Shown here: one piece after another, positions 45,895 through 56,294 of the stretch | Numbering within the stretch: position 1 is the stretch's first letter | Layout of the letters: every line of letters starts with the position of its first letter | Virus record (IMG/VR): IMGVR_UViG_3300046809_000507 | Span: 4,910 to 68,909 of that record | Direction: 5' to 3' (one strand) | From: a virus | Length of the DNA stretch: 64,000 bases | The notes under the pieces: model-generated | Told to the model about the DNA's origin: nothing | Databases searched by the model: none | Seen by the model: only the letters and a program-made list of their open reading frames with translations | Program-made: the position numbers and the translations under genes

Positions 45895-46737
45895 ATGACC
45901 GAGCCCCGACACGCCCACGACACCGACAACGGCAGGTACTACACCGACCCAGCCGGCGGACCGGATCTCGTCTCCGTGACCAACGTGCTCGGGACAAGCG
46001 TCCACAAGCACGCGCTGATGCCGTGGGCCGTCAAGGTCACCGTTGAGTGGATCCTCGACCACCGCATGGAAGTTGCCCGCCGGGCCATCACGGACCGGGC
46101 CGCGCTGGTCAAGCAGCTCAAGCAGATCCACGTCGACGCACGGGACACCGCGTCCGATCTCGGCACGCTCATCCACCGGGCTGCGGAACTCCGTCTCCTC
46201 GGCGCCCCGTTCGCGGTCGAGGCGACGGTCGCCCCCTACCTCGCCCAGCTGGAGGCGTTCCTCGCCTTCTGGGGCGTCGACATCGACAAGCACGTCGAAG
46301 CCGCCGAGATCACATGCCTGCACCGCCGCCTCGGCTACGCCGGTACTGCGGACCTCATGATCTGGCTGCCCACCGGCGAAGCGCGTGCCCTCGAACTCTG
46401 GCTGATCGACTTCAAGACGTCCGCCACGCGCTCCGCGAAGGCCGTCTATCCGGAGAACACCCAGCAGCTCGCCGCACTCCGGTACTGCGAGACCGTCCTG
46501 CTCCCGGACGACACCGAGCAGCCGATGCCGGAGATCCAGAAGACCGGCGTCCTCAACCTGCGGGCCAAGTCCCACGCCCTCGTCGAGATGCCCGCCGGCC
46601 GCGACGCCCACAGGGCCTTCCGCGGCGCCCTCGTCAACGCCCTGTGGCACCACGCCGCCCCCTCCTCCTACCCGGCCCTTCTCGCCCCGGACCAGCCCGT
46701 CCCGGCCCGGTGGCGCAACTTCCGAAAGGTGGCCTGA
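45895..46737 (+). CDS. PD-(D/E)XK exonuclease (RecE/Cas4-like)
   Basis: SVTNVL, GTLIH, YAGTAD, IDFKT, QLAALR. Confidence 0.88.
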   Translation: MTEPRHAHDTDNGRYYTDPAGGPDLVSVTNVLGTSVHKHALMPWAVKVTVEWILDHRMEVARRAITDRAALVKQLKQIHVDARDTASDLGTLIHRAAELRLLGAPFAVEATVAPYLAQLEAFLAFWGVDIDKHVEAAEITCLHRRLGYAGTADLMIWLPTGEARALELWLIDFKTSATRSAKAVYPENTQQLAALRYCETVLLPDDTEQPMPEIQKTGVLNLRAKSHALVEMPAGRDAHRAFRGALVNALWHHAAPSSYPALLAPDQPVPARWRNFRKVA

Positions 46738-46739
46738 CC

Positions 46740-47672
46740 GTGGGCTCCCGACTCCGCAACATCCAGGCCCGTGCCGCCGAGCACGGCCGACTCCGCACCG
46801 GCTACACCCAGGGCAACCGGCCCATGCGGTCCGCGAACTGGGTCGTCACCTCCCACTCCGAAGAGCACGTTCGCGCAGCCGCCGAACTGTGGGGCGGCAA
46901 GCCCGAGCAGTGGGCGCCGCTCAACTCGACGACCCAGCAGTGGCGGGTCATCACGAAGGCGTCCTCGATCGAGGCTCTGATCACGCCCGGCGACCCGCTC
47001 AATCAGTACAACGAACTCTGGACGAAGGGCGGATGCCAGCGCCGATGCGACGGCGAGACCGAGCTCCTGTCGCGGCAGGCCTGCCTCTGCGCGGCCCGGT
47101 TCGGTGAGGACTGGCACCAGCAGAAGAAGGGCGTCGTCTGCTCCACCACGTCCCGCCTGAATGTGATGCTCCCGGACCTGTCAGGGATGGGTCTGTGGCG
47201 GGCCGAGACGCACTCCTTCTACGCCGCATCCGAGTGGGGCGGCATGGTCGACATGGTCCTCGCCGGGACTGACGGCCGCGGGTTCGTGCCGGTGACGCTG
47301 CGGATCGAACCGCGGCAGGTCGTCCGCGAGGGGGAGACGAAGAAGTTCCCGGTCGTCGTGGTCGAGCTGCGTGGGGTTACGCCGCGGCAGGCGCTCGCCG
47401 GGCCGCTGCCGACCGCGGTTGCCCTCAACCCCGCTGGCGGCGGGCAGGCGGTGGCCGCGATCGAGGCGCCCCGCCCGGACTACCTGGCCCTCGCCGAAGG
47501 CGCCCTCACCCCTGACGACGTCGGCGACGTATACCGCCAGGCCAACGCGGCCGGCCACCTGAACGACCAGTTGATCGCCGACCTCAAGGAGATCGCCGAC
47601 CGCAAGAAGTCGGAGAACTCCGGACCCGACGAGGACGGGGTGTACCCCGCCGAGCTCGTCGACAGCAAGTAG
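46740..47672 (+). CDS. Gp3-like recombination protein (candidate annealing partner of the exonuclease)
   Basis: GRLRTG, CQRRCDG, C.TTSRL, G.WRAETHSFYAASE. Confidence 0.72.
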   Translation: MGSRLRNIQARAAEHGRLRTGYTQGNRPMRSANWVVTSHSEEHVRAAAELWGGKPEQWAPLNSTTQQWRVITKASSIEALITPGDPLNQYNELWTKGGCQRRCDGETELLSRQACLCAARFGEDWHQQKKGVVCSTTSRLNVMLPDLSGMGLWRAETHSFYAASEWGGMVDMVLAGTDGRGFVPVTLRIEPRQVVREGETKKFPVVVVELRGVTPRQALAGPLPTAVALNPAGGGQAVAAIEAPRPDYLALAEGALTPDDVGDVYRQANAAGHLNDQLIADLKEIADRKKSENSGPDEDGVYPAELVDSK

Positions 47673-47732
47673 CCCGCACATCGGAGGCCGGCCCGCGGGA
47701 ATCGGGCCGGCCCCTCGACCCAAGGACATCAC

Positions 47733-48122
47733 ATGACCCGTCGTCTGTCTGTTGCCGAGCGGCTCGCGTCCACGGAGAAGGACGCCCTCCTCGACGACAT
47801 CGCCCGCCATTCCGAATGGGACCTGTTCCTCGTCGAACGCGCGGTCCTCCACTTCGGCTCCGTCACCGCGGAGTTCTCCTGCAACGACTTCCGGGACGTC
47901 CTCCCCGACCTCGGTGAAGGCCTCCTCGGTGCGGCGATCAACTCGCTGCGGACCGCGGGGATCATCGCCCACACCGGACGGATGGTGCCGTCCACCTCGG
48001 CCGCCACCCACGGACACCGAATCGCGCTGTGGGAGCTCACCGCGAAGGGCCGCCACATCGCCGCCCGCCGCACCGCCGACCGCATCACAGCAGCCGCCCA
48101 GCAGCGGAAGGCGGCCGCGTGA
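47733..48122 (+). CDS. Winged-helix-like hypothetical protein
   Basis: FSCNDFR...VPST...THGH...W. Confidence 0.65.
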   Translation: MTRRLSVAERLASTEKDALLDDIARHSEWDLFLVERAVLHFGSVTAEFSCNDFRDVLPDLGEGLLGAAINSLRTAGIIAHTGRMVPSTSAATHGHRIALWELTAKGRHIAARRTADRITAAAQQRKAAA

Positions 48123-48526
48123 TGACTGAGCCGTACCGCGTTCTCGTCACCGGCAGCCGTGACTGGCAGGGCATCGGCGTCGTTCGTCGCGCCCTCGACG
48201 AAGTTCTCGCCGTCCGCCCGCACGATCAGCCCCTGGTCGTCGTCCATGGGGACTGCCCGACCGGCGCCGACATCATGGCCAAGGCGTGGGCGTTGACGAC
48301 CTTCACCCCGGCCTGCACGGACGACTTCGAGCGGGTCACCGAGGAACCGCATCCCGCCGCCTGGCACGTCCACGGCAACGCGGCCGGTCCAATTCGCAAC
48401 AAAGTCATGGTCGACAAAGGCGCCGACGTCTGCCTCGCCTTCATCCGCAACGGCAGCCGAGGCGCCAGCCACACCGCAGCCCTCGCCGAGCAGGCCGGGA
48501 TCCCCACGAGGCGGTGGACCGCGTGA
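48122..48526 (+). CDS. SLOG-family (YspA/DUF2493) protein
   Basis: LVTGSR, VHGDCPTGAD, AGPIRN.VMV, SRG. Confidence 0.88.
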   Translation: MTEPYRVLVTGSRDWQGIGVVRRALDEVLAVRPHDQPLVVVHGDCPTGADIMAKAWALTTFTPACTDDFERVTEEPHPAAWHVHGNAAGPIRNKVMVDKGADVCLAFIRNGSRGASHTAALAEQAGIPTRRWTA

Positions 48527-48650
48527 TGGCCCGGCTGGAGGACCGCAGCCTCGGCCGCCTGTACCTGGCCCTCATCGCCGTAGGAGCCGTCGCGGGCGGA
48601 CTGGTCGCGGCCGGGACGGTCGTCGCCGACTGGGCGCGCGGGAGGCGGAC

Positions 48651-48893
48651 GTGAGGGACAACCATGCCGCCGCCAACCCGGTCGCCAACTGGCTGATCAA
48701 CCTCGCCGCCGCCTACGGGGTGCTGATCCTGCTCGCCGCAGTCACCTTCAGCGCCGTCTGGGCCGGACTCAACGCGGCCAGTCGGCGGCTCGAACGGCGG
48801 CGCGCGATCCGCAGCATCCCCGACGGGATTCACCAGCTCGAACGCCACGCCAACAACCCCGACAACCGCCGGAAGGAGGGACCCCGTGGCTGA
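48651..48893 (+). CDS. Small membrane protein
   Basis: One TM helix; overlap-coupled. Confidence 0.55.
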   Translation: MRDNHAAANPVANWLINLAAAYGVLILLAAVTFSAVWAGLNAASRRLERRRAIRSIPDGIHQLERHANNPDNRRKEGPRG

Positions 48894-49296
48894 GATGCGA
48901 GAGCGTCCCTTCATCGCCGCCATCGCCCGCGGTCAAGGCCTCCGCTTCGTGCCGCCCGCGAAAGAGAGCGAGTTCAGCACCCGCCGCGTCGACTGGTACG
49001 CCGTCGAGCGCGTCCTCAACAACGACCAGCCTCTCCCGCCGCTCAACCCCGACGAGCTTCGCGAAGCCGCACTCTGGCTGCGCCGCCACGACGTCAAACG
49101 CGCCACCGTCTCGACCCGCCTCAGCGTCTACGAGCGGCAGATCAAAGAGTGGGAAGCCGACGCCGGCATGCTCCCCGCCGACCAGCTGTGCACTCTCGAC
49201 GACTGCAAGCGGGCCAGCTCCGGCCGCGGACTCTGCGCCAACCATCTGCAGCAGCAGCGGGCCGACAAGCAGGCGCAGCTGGAGGTGGCCGCGTGA
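48886..49296 (+). CDS. HTH plus zinc-ribbon protein
   Basis: DWYAVER...; CTLDDC...RGLCANH. Confidence 0.65.
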   Translation: MAEMRERPFIAAIARGQGLRFVPPAKESEFSTRRVDWYAVERVLNNDQPLPPLNPDELREAALWLRRHDVKRATVSTRLSVYERQIKEWEADAGMLPADQLCTLDDCKRASSGRGLCANHLQQQRADKQAQLEVAA

Positions 49297-49718
49297 GCAC
49301 CCGTGCCGCCATCGAAGAACTCCTCCGCGCCGGCTACAGCGACAAGGCGATCGAGCGACAACTCCACGTCTCGCGCCGCCACGCCCGCGGCCTGCGCGCC
49401 CAACTCGGCCTGCCTCAGCACAAGCCCGGCGTAGCTGCCGCCGCCAGCCCCGAAGACCTGTTCTGGCGGCGCACCGTCCCCACCGTCGACGGCCACCTGA
49501 TCTGGCCCGGCTACCGGCCTGAGCAGGCGCCCAGCGTCCGCCACGGCGGGCGCAAGCACTCCGTCCACCGCATCGCCTTCAGCCTCGCCCACACCCGGGA
49601 GCCCGTCGGCTGGGTCCGCGGCGGCTGCGACGTCACCGGCTGCGTCCACCCGCGGCACGTCGACGACCAGCAGATCCGCGACAACTACCGGGCGATCTTC
49701 GGGGAGGTGGCGGCATGA
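49293..49718 (+). CDS. HTH plus degenerate HNH protein
   Basis: GYSDKAIERQL; VHRIAF...C...GCVHPRH. Confidence 0.7.
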   Translation: MSTRAAIEELLRAGYSDKAIERQLHVSRRHARGLRAQLGLPQHKPGVAAAASPEDLFWRRTVPTVDGHLIWPGYRPEQAPSVRHGGRKHSVHRIAFSLAHTREPVGWVRGGCDVTGCVHPRHVDDQQIRDNYRAIFGEVAA

Positions 49719-50191
49719 CTGGCCTCGCAAACGAAACGCGCCGCCAGGTCGAGGCACTGCTTCACGCCGGGCACAGCGACCGCAGCATCCACCAGGCAAC
49801 CGGCGTTGCCCGCACAACCATCGCCCGATACCGCAAGCGCCTCGACATCCCCAGCTACCTGGTCACCGCCGATAGCCCCGCCTGCAGGCACGGCCACCCG
49901 TTCCCCGAAAACGTCGCCCACTACCCGACCGGCTGGCTGTACTGCCGAGCCTGCGCCCGACACCGCAGCCGGACCTGGTTCGCCGACAACTACGTGCCCG
50001 CCGAACCCGACGAAGCAGCCATCGAACGGGCCGCCGCCGGGGATCCGCCCAAGCGGCTCACCCCGCGGGAACGCCGTGCCGCCATCCGCCAGCTCGACGC
50101 CTGGCAGCTGCCCGCCTCGGTCATCGCCGAACGCGTCAGCTGCAGCCCGCGGACCGTCCACCGCGCCCGCAGCCGACAGCAAGCCGCCTAG
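49715..50191 (+). CDS. HTH-zinc-HTH DNA-binding protein
   Basis: CRHGH...CRAC; IAERVSCSPRTVHRAR. Confidence 0.7.
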   Translation: MTGLANETRRQVEALLHAGHSDRSIHQATGVARTTIARYRKRLDIPSYLVTADSPACRHGHPFPENVAHYPTGWLYCRACARHRSRTWFADNYVPAEPDEAAIERAAAGDPPKRLTPRERRAAIRQLDAWQLPASVIAERVSCSPRTVHRARSRQQAA

Positions 50192-50252
50192 CCCGGACAC
50201 GACGAAGCCCCGCCGGAAGGCGGGGCAGGGAGGAGGAGGGGACGTGAAGCAG

Positions 50253-50453
50253 CTACGACTTCGCGGCGGGCGCGATCTTCGCAACCCACTCACGGGTGAA
50301 GCCGGTCAGCTTCGCCATGTGCGAGGGGCCCTTGTTGGCGGCGCGACCTTCCACAAGCAGTTCGCGCAGCTCGGTGTCGGCGTCGCTGAAGGCCTTCTCG
50401 GCGCGGGCCCGCTTCTTGGCCGCGGCCTGAATCCTCTCGTCCAGCTCATCCAT
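50253..50453 (-). CDS. Small HTH regulator
   Basis: PSHMAKLTGFTREWVAKI. Confidence 0.7.
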   Translation of the reverse strand: MDELDERIQAAAKKRARAEKAFSDADTELRELLVEGRAANKGPSHMAKLTGFTREWVAKIAPAAKS

Positions 50454-50538
50454 GTTGCACATAGTGACACACCGATCTGTGGTCGCGCTACGCCACCGCG
50501 CATTGTGAACGCGGACCGCGAACGCTATTCTCATTCTC

Positions 50539-51105
50539 ATGACGAGGGAGCTTTCGATCGAGCCCAATCGGCGTACCGAGACACGTCACGCCATGCTCGG
50601 CAACACCTGCAATCACTTTCAGAAGTACGGCATGACCTGCAACAGCTTCGACCTGCTGCTAGCTCGGGCGGGCGGGCGATGCGAGCTCTGCGCGACGCCC
50701 GAGGGCGAGACTCCGCGCGGCGCTCTGGTCATCGATCACTTCGAGAGCGCTGGTCTGTTCTTCGTGCGCGGGCTGATCTGCGACCGCTGCAACTCGGTCA
50801 TGTCGAGGCACGACAGGACCGCCACTTGGGGGCCGGCGTCACTGCCGTGGGCGGACAAGGCCCGCGCCTACCACTTGGCTGCTTTCGAGCGGCCAACGCC
50901 AGAGGAATTCGACCTGGCCGACCAGCACATAGCTGGCCGGCGCCCGTACCGGGTCAAGGACCGGCCATCCGTCTTCGTGGTGCGTCCGCGGTCGCTCCAG
51001 CTCCGGTTGGACCGGTCCATGACGGATATCGCCGCGAAGTTGCGCCGCAATCTCACCGACAGGCAACGCGCCCGACTCGTCGAGCTCCTTTCGAAGCCCG
51101 AGTAA
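50539..51105 (+). CDS. Endonuclease VII-like (His-Me finger) protein
   Basis: YGMT...CELC...LVIDH...VRGLICDRCN. Confidence 0.82.
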   Translation: MTRELSIEPNRRTETRHAMLGNTCNHFQKYGMTCNSFDLLLARAGGRCELCATPEGETPRGALVIDHFESAGLFFVRGLICDRCNSVMSRHDRTATWGPASLPWADKARAYHLAAFERPTPEEFDLADQHIAGRRPYRVKDRPSVFVVRPRSLQLRLDRSMTDIAAKLRRNLTDRQRARLVELLSKPE

Positions 51106-51184
51106 CGCGCCCAAGGCCGCCCTAGGGGGCTCGGCCACACAAACCCCAAGCCCCCAACCAGCACTCTCCGAAGGACAACTACTC

Positions 51185-52300
51185 ATGGCACGTGGCCACG
51201 GACGGATCCTCACCAGTGCTTGGGAGGATGACGACTTCCTCGACCTGGACGAGAAAGAACAGCGGCTCTACCTGTTCTTCATCTCGCAGCCGAACCTCAA
51301 CCACGCCGGCCTGCTCGACCTCACCCTCCGGCGCTGGGCACGCAAAGCCCGCGGGCTGACCGTCGCCGAGCTGGAGAAGCGCATCGGCCGGCTGGAGGAC
51401 ACCAACTTCGTCGTCGTCGACCACGACACCGAAGAACTCCTCATCCGCTCCTTCGTCCGCAACGACGGCGTCTGGCGCATGCCGAAGGTCATGGGCGCCA
51501 TGGTGTCCGGCGCGCTCGAAATCTCCTCCCGCAAGCTCCAGCAGGCCCTGCTCGCCGAGATGGACCGCATCCCGCTCCAGGAGCTCAGCGCCGAGCCGGC
51601 GAAGCTGCGCAACGGCGGCACCGGCCCGTCCATCCAGGAGCAAGTCGCCGAGCACATCGACACCTTGCGGAAGGCGTTCGGTACTCCCACCCCGGACCCA
51701 TCCGAAGGGGGTAAGGGAACCCCCTCGGTAACCCCCTCCGATACCCCTTCGCAGCCCCCTGCCGAAGGGGGTCCGAAACCCTCTACGCACGGGCGCGCAG
51801 CCACGCACGTGCGCGCGGCCCCTGCCCCTGCCCCTACCCCTGCCCCTATCCCCAGCCCCATACAAGAGGGGGCGTGGGTTGAGGCAGACGATGAATCCGA
51901 GCTCGTACTCGTCGAAGATTCCGACTTCGTCGGCGCGACAGAAGCCGCCCCCTCGGAGCCTGAGCCCATCACCGCGCAGACGATCGTCGGCGAGTGGATC
52001 GACCGGTGCAGCAAGCGCCCGCCCGGCCAGACCATCGGTCAGACCTCGAAGCAGATCAAGAAGCTGCTCGACGAAGGCATCGACGCCGACGACATCCGAC
52101 GCGGCCTGGCCAAGTGGATGGCCAAGGGCTCCGCGCCCACTGCCATCCCCAGCTTCGTCAACGAAGCCATGAACGCCGCAGCCCCTGCAGGCAACGTCTT
52201 CCAGCTGCCCACCGGTCAGCCCCTCACCGGCACTGACGCCAAGGTCGCCGGCTGGCTGGCCGTCGCCGAACAACTCCGCCAGGAAGGAGATCCCGCATGA
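51185..52300 (+). CDS. Phage replication initiator
   Basis: W.DDDFLDL...QRLYLF..SQP.LNHAG; internal repeats. Confidence 0.82.
   Translation: MARGHGRILTSAWEDDDFLDLDEKEQRLYLFFISQPNLNHAGLLDLTLRRWARKARGLTVAELEKRIGRLEDTNFVVVDHDTEELLIRSFVRNDGVWRMPKVMGAMVSGALEISSRKLQQALLAEMDRIPLQELSAEPAKLRNGGTGPSIQEQVAEHIDTLRKAFGTPTPDPSEGGKGTPSVTPSDTPSQPPAEGGPKPSTHGRAATHVRAAPAPAPTPAPIPSPIQEGAWVEADDESELVLVEDSDFVGATEAAPSEPEPITAQTIVGEWIDRCSKRPPGQTIGQTSKQIKKLLDEGIDADDIRRGLAKWMAKGSAPTAIPSFVNEAMNAAAPAGNVFQLPTGQPLTGTDAKVAGWLAVAEQLRQEGDPA
51702..51785. repeat. Iteron-like repeats inside the initiator gene (candidate origin)
   Basis: CCGAAGGGGGT at 51702 and 51762; inverse ACCCCYTC.G-type copies at 51719, 51731, 51743. Confidence 0.6.
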
Positions 52301-53055
52301 ACGCCACCGAAGCTGCCGCGCTCCTCGCGCACTGCTCCGGGTTCGATAACCGGCAGCCGTCCGTCGCTGCCGCCAAGTCGTGGGCTGCGGCCCTGTACGA
52401 CGTGCCGTTCGACCAGGACGCCCGCGACGCCGTTGCCAGCTACTACACGACGCCGCCGCAGAATCCGAACGAGCGCCTGTGGATCCTGCCCCACCACGTC
52501 AAGACCCTCCGCACGAAGATCCGCAGCGCCCGGCTGGAGAACTTCCAGTACGAGCCCGTCGCCGGCGAGACCGTCCCCGAGTACCTCGCCCGCCTCCGCG
52601 GCCAGACTCAGGCCATCGCCTCCGGTTGCGTCCCCGCCCCGAAGGGTCAGTTGGCGCCAGGGAAGGGTGAGCCGCCTCGCGAGCTCATGGCCGGACTGTC
52701 CGAGCTCGGCTGGCAGGGCAACCGCACCGTCGACGGCGACGAGCACGTCGTCGAGGCCGAGGTCATCGACTCGGTGCGCCGGTCCGGCCCGCTCGGCATC
52801 GAGTGCCCCGCCTGCCACGCGGCGATCGGCAAGCCGTGCAAGGCGCCTGGGGCCTCCGAGAAGCAGCCGATGGGCAAGCCCCGCCTGAAGCCGCACACCG
52901 CCCGGCTACGGGCCGCCAGCGGCGAATCGGAACTCACCGCCGCCCAACTGGCCAGCCAGGAGCAGGCGATCAAAGCCCGGTCCGCGCAGTACCTCGCCCG
53001 CGAAGCCGACGACATCCCCGACGCCGAAATCCTCGACGAGGAGGCCGCATCGTGA
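52297..53055 (+). CDS. Helicase-loader-position protein with zinc finger
   Basis: FDNR...W...L motif; CPAC...C...H. Confidence 0.7.
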   Translation: MNATEAAALLAHCSGFDNRQPSVAAAKSWAAALYDVPFDQDARDAVASYYTTPPQNPNERLWILPHHVKTLRTKIRSARLENFQYEPVAGETVPEYLARLRGQTQAIASGCVPAPKGQLAPGKGEPPRELMAGLSELGWQGNRTVDGDEHVVEAEVIDSVRRSGPLGIECPACHAAIGKPCKAPGASEKQPMGKPRLKPHTARLRAASGESELTAAQLASQEQAIKARSAQYLAREADDIPDAEILDEEAAS

Positions 53056-53459
53056 CCACCGCCGACTGGACACCCGCCCCGACCGACATCGCCGCGACCC
53101 GCGAAGCCCGCCGTAACGGCAGCCTCCGCGCCCAACTCCGCCAGCAGATCGGCGAAGGCCGCGCCCGCCTCGACGCCGCCCCCGCCCAGCGCTGGGCGAG
53201 CGGCATCCGCCGCGACCTGAACGGGGTCACCTGCCCGCACTGCCAGGCCGGCCCGAACCAGCGCTGCCACCTCCGCACCCGCGACCAGACGCTCCCCGCC
53301 CCGCACCAGCAGCGGATCGACCTGTGGGCGCAGACCGTCGCCTGCTGCACCACCTGCCAGGCCGCACCCGGGCAGCGCTGCCACCTCGACGGCATGCCGC
53401 TCCCCGCCGGAACCGTCCATCCCGCCCGCCACCAGGACGCCGAAAGGACCGCCGCATGA
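53052..53459 (+). CDS. Double zinc-finger protein
   Basis: CPHC...C...H twice. Confidence 0.7.
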   Translation: MTTADWTPAPTDIAATREARRNGSLRAQLRQQIGEGRARLDAAPAQRWASGIRRDLNGVTCPHCQAGPNQRCHLRTRDQTLPAPHQQRIDLWAQTVACCTTCQAAPGQRCHLDGMPLPAGTVHPARHQDAERTAA

Positions 53460-53671
53460 GCCCCTTCGACCGCCTGATGGCGGAGGCCCTGCCGACCGGC
53501 ACCTTCGGCCACGCCGAACCCATCCAGCCCCGGCAGGCCGAGCGGGTCTCCCTGTGGACGCCCGCAGAGCAGGCCGATCACGTTGCCGCCCTTGAAGCCG
53601 AGCTGGACCGGCTCGAAGGCCGCGGCACTGGCAAGCCGAAGCTGCGGCTCATCGAAGGAGAAGCCGCATGA
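53456..53671 (+). CDS. Small hypothetical protein
   Basis: Overlap-coupled. Confidence 0.55.
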   Translation: MSPFDRLMAEALPTGTFGHAEPIQPRQAERVSLWTPAEQADHVAALEAELDRLEGRGTGKPKLRLIEGEAA

Positions 53672-54639
53672 CGAACCTCAGCCTCTGCTCCGGCGCCGGC
53701 ACCCTCGACCTGGCCGTCGAGCAGATCACCGGCAACAAGACGTTGGTCTATGCCGAGAACGACCCGTTCGCCTCCCGCGTCATGGCCGCCCGCTTCCAGT
53801 GGGCCGTGAACCTCGGCGACATCACCAAGGCCGACTGGGCCGGCGCTGCCAGCCAGTGGCAGATCGAATCCCTCGCGGCCGGATTCCCGTGCCGCAACAC
53901 CTCCAACGCAGGAAAGCGGGACGGCATCAATGGCCAGTGGTCGAGGGTCTGGAAGAACGTTGCTGAAGCTGTGGGCGTCATTCGACCGCGCATCGTCTTC
54001 CTGGAAAACGTGGAAGCGCTCCGGTCGCGGGGCCTCGACGTCGTCGTCGAAGACCTGGCCGCGATCGGGTATGGCCTCTGGTGGACGTGCCTACCAGCTG
54101 CGGCCGTCGGCAACCCCAGCCTCCGCTGGCGCTGGTTCGGTATCGCCCGTCCCGACGGAGGCGACCACGACGTGACCGCCTGGCGGCAGCGGTGGGAGAC
54201 CCTTCCGCCGGCCGCCACCTTCGCGGACGAGCTCGCCACACTGCCGCTCGTCGCATCCAGGGACTGGAAGTCCAGCGCCTCCAACAAGCTCGACGACAAC
54301 GCCCGGCCGCTGAACGAGTACGTCGCCAACCTGTTCGACCGGCCGGGCGAGAGCTGGGTCACCACCCGCGGCGTCGACCACACCCCGGCCATTCGCCGCT
54401 GGGAAGCCGTCACCGGCCGGGAGGCGCCCGCCCCGTGGACCCGCGGCCCTCGCGGAGGCCGGCCTCTGTCGCCCCTGTTCGCCGAATGGATGCAGGGCAA
54501 CGACCTCGGCTGGATCACCGACGTCGACATCCCCCGCGACAAGCAGATCCAGATCGCTGGCAACCAGGCCATCACCCGCCAGGCCGTCGAGGGCTATCGC
54601 CGGCTGCTTACTGCCGACCTCGACGCGATGGCCGCGTGA
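53668..54639 (+). CDS. Orphan C5 DNA cytosine methyltransferase
   Basis: SLCSGAG, GFPC, ENV, terminal GN. Confidence 0.9.
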   Translation: MTNLSLCSGAGTLDLAVEQITGNKTLVYAENDPFASRVMAARFQWAVNLGDITKADWAGAASQWQIESLAAGFPCRNTSNAGKRDGINGQWSRVWKNVAEAVGVIRPRIVFLENVEALRSRGLDVVVEDLAAIGYGLWWTCLPAAAVGNPSLRWRWFGIARPDGGDHDVTAWRQRWETLPPAATFADELATLPLVASRDWKSSASNKLDDNARPLNEYVANLFDRPGESWVTTRGVDHTPAIRRWEAVTGREAPAPWTRGPRGGRPLSPLFAEWMQGNDLGWITDVDIPRDKQIQIAGNQAITRQAVEGYRRLLTADLDAMAA

Positions 54640-54751
54640 CCTCGCCCGTTGTTCTCCGCCCGACCCCCAGCCCGGGGAAACGGCGTGCGCCTGCCCGACC
54701 GGGGCGGGATGCGAAACGTGGACAAACCAACCGACCGACAGGAGAAGCCCG

Positions 54752-55186
54752 ATGACCGACCCGAAGCCCCTCACCGTCCAGCAGCTCGACGACATCGAGA
54801 CCCGCGCCACCGCCGCCACCCCCGGACCGTGGGGCGTCTACACGTTCGGCGGCGACAGCCTCATCGAGATCGCCGCCGACCTGGAAGACACCGGCTGCGG
54901 CTACCAGGCCCGCCGCACCATCGCCCGCTTCGAGGAGGAGCCCCTCGACAACGACCCGACGCACCGCGAGTGGACCGCGGAGGAGGACTGGGCGCAGGTC
55001 CAGGCGGACGCCGAGTTCGTCGCCCACGCGCCGGAGGACGTCGATGCGCTGCTCGCCGAGATCCGCCGACTCAGCGCCGAACTGGCCGCAGCCGCGGAGG
55101 ACGTGTCGTGGCTGCGCTGCCTGGAAGCGGCCGGCGTCGACAACTGGGAGGGCATCGAGACCGCGATCGACATGCGCGGCGAGTAG
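54752..55186 (+). CDS. Ead/Ea22-like protein
   Basis: AATPGPW...DAEFVAHA...LLAEI. Confidence 0.75.
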   Translation: MTDPKPLTVQQLDDIETRATAATPGPWGVYTFGGDSLIEIAADLEDTGCGYQARRTIARFEEEPLDNDPTHREWTAEEDWAQVQADAEFVAHAPEDVDALLAEIRRLSAELAAAAEDVSWLRCLEAAGVDNWEGIETAIDMRGE

Positions 55187-55283
55187 CCACCCCGTGATCT
55201 TCCGCGACACGGGCCACCTGCCTGCCGGTAACAGGCGGGTGGCCCGCACCCGACATCCTCTCGCAGCCCACCTGGAGCAGCCC

Positions 55284-56024
55284 ATGACCGACACCACCAA
55301 CCCGCAGCAGACCGACCGGCGCGACCGGTACGCCGCAGCGATCCGCGAGACCGACGGCTGGGTCCTCGACGGCGGACAGCACATGCTCGACGCCGTCATG
55401 GCCGTCGCCGACGCCGAGCAGGCCGCACTCCGCCGCGAGCACGCCGACCGCCTGGAGCACCTCGAAGGCGCTCTCTCCCGCATCCGCGACCGGGCCGAGG
55501 TTGCCCAGGTCCGGGTCCGCCGGGTTGTCGCATGCACACCGTTCGCCGCAGCCGTCGAGGAGGCTTTCGCCGGGGGGCAGTTCGCCGCCGTCACGGTCCC
55601 GGCGTCCGCGCCCACCGACCGGGCCGCCCTCCGCGACCGCATCGTTGCCGCCATCAAGGCGTCCCCGTTCGACGAGCTGCGTGCCGTCAACCACGCGCCG
55701 AACGGGCCGCTCCAGATCACCGTGACCGTCGACGACTTGGCCGACACCCTGCTGCGCCGCCTGGCCGACGCCGCGTTCGCCCCGGGGATGCCCTGCGAGC
55801 ACGGATGCCGGGCCGCCGCTGACGAACTCACCCGCGAGGCGCAGCAGCCCGAGACGCAGGCGCGCCGGATGATGCGCTCCCGGTTCCCCAGCCGCCCCGG
55901 CACCGCGACCGTCGCCTCCGACATGTGCCCGCGCTGCAAGGGCGACAACAGCGAGGCATGGGCGCTGTGCGCCCGCTGCGCCGACGAGCCCGCTGCCGTG
56001 TCCCAGCCCGACGGGGAGGCCTGA
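55284..56024 (+). CDS. Mosaic hypothetical phage protein
   Basis: RBS ggag; DAVMAVAD and ALRDRI segments. Confidence 0.65.
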   Translation: MTDTTNPQQTDRRDRYAAAIRETDGWVLDGGQHMLDAVMAVADAEQAALRREHADRLEHLEGALSRIRDRAEVAQVRVRRVVACTPFAAAVEEAFAGGQFAAVTVPASAPTDRAALRDRIVAAIKASPFDELRAVNHAPNGPLQITVTVDDLADTLLRRLADAAFAPGMPCEHGCRAAADELTREAQQPETQARRMMRSRFPSRPGTATVASDMCPRCKGDNSEAWALCARCADEPAAVSQPDGEA

Positions 56025-56027
56025 CCC

Positions 56028-56294
56028 ATGGCTGCGCTGCTGCTGTTCGAGGCCCTCGACGCCGCGGCGGTCATGGCCGACGCGATCCTCGCCTGGATCG
56101 CCGTCCTCGCATTTGCCGTGACCGTCGGCCTGTACGCCGCGATCCTCACCGGGGCGTGGGCGTGGCGTGCCGTCAGAAAGGCCGTGACGGGGCCTCTCCC
56201 GGCCGAACAGGCGCCACAGGCCCCCGAGTCCACTCCGACCCCACAGAGGCACACAGCGCCCGCGTGGGCCCACGCAGACAAGGAAGCCGCATGA
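56028..56294 (+). CDS. Small membrane protein
   Basis: Hydrophobic helix. Confidence 0.6.
   Translation: MAALLLFEALDAAAVMADAILAWIAVLAFAVTVGLYAAILTGAWAWRAVRKAVTGPLPAEQAPQAPESTPTPQRHTAPAWAHADKEAA

Noticed and set aside
51820-51860. CCCCTG/CCCCTA hexamer run
   Set aside because: Explained by the PAPAPTPAP coding linker
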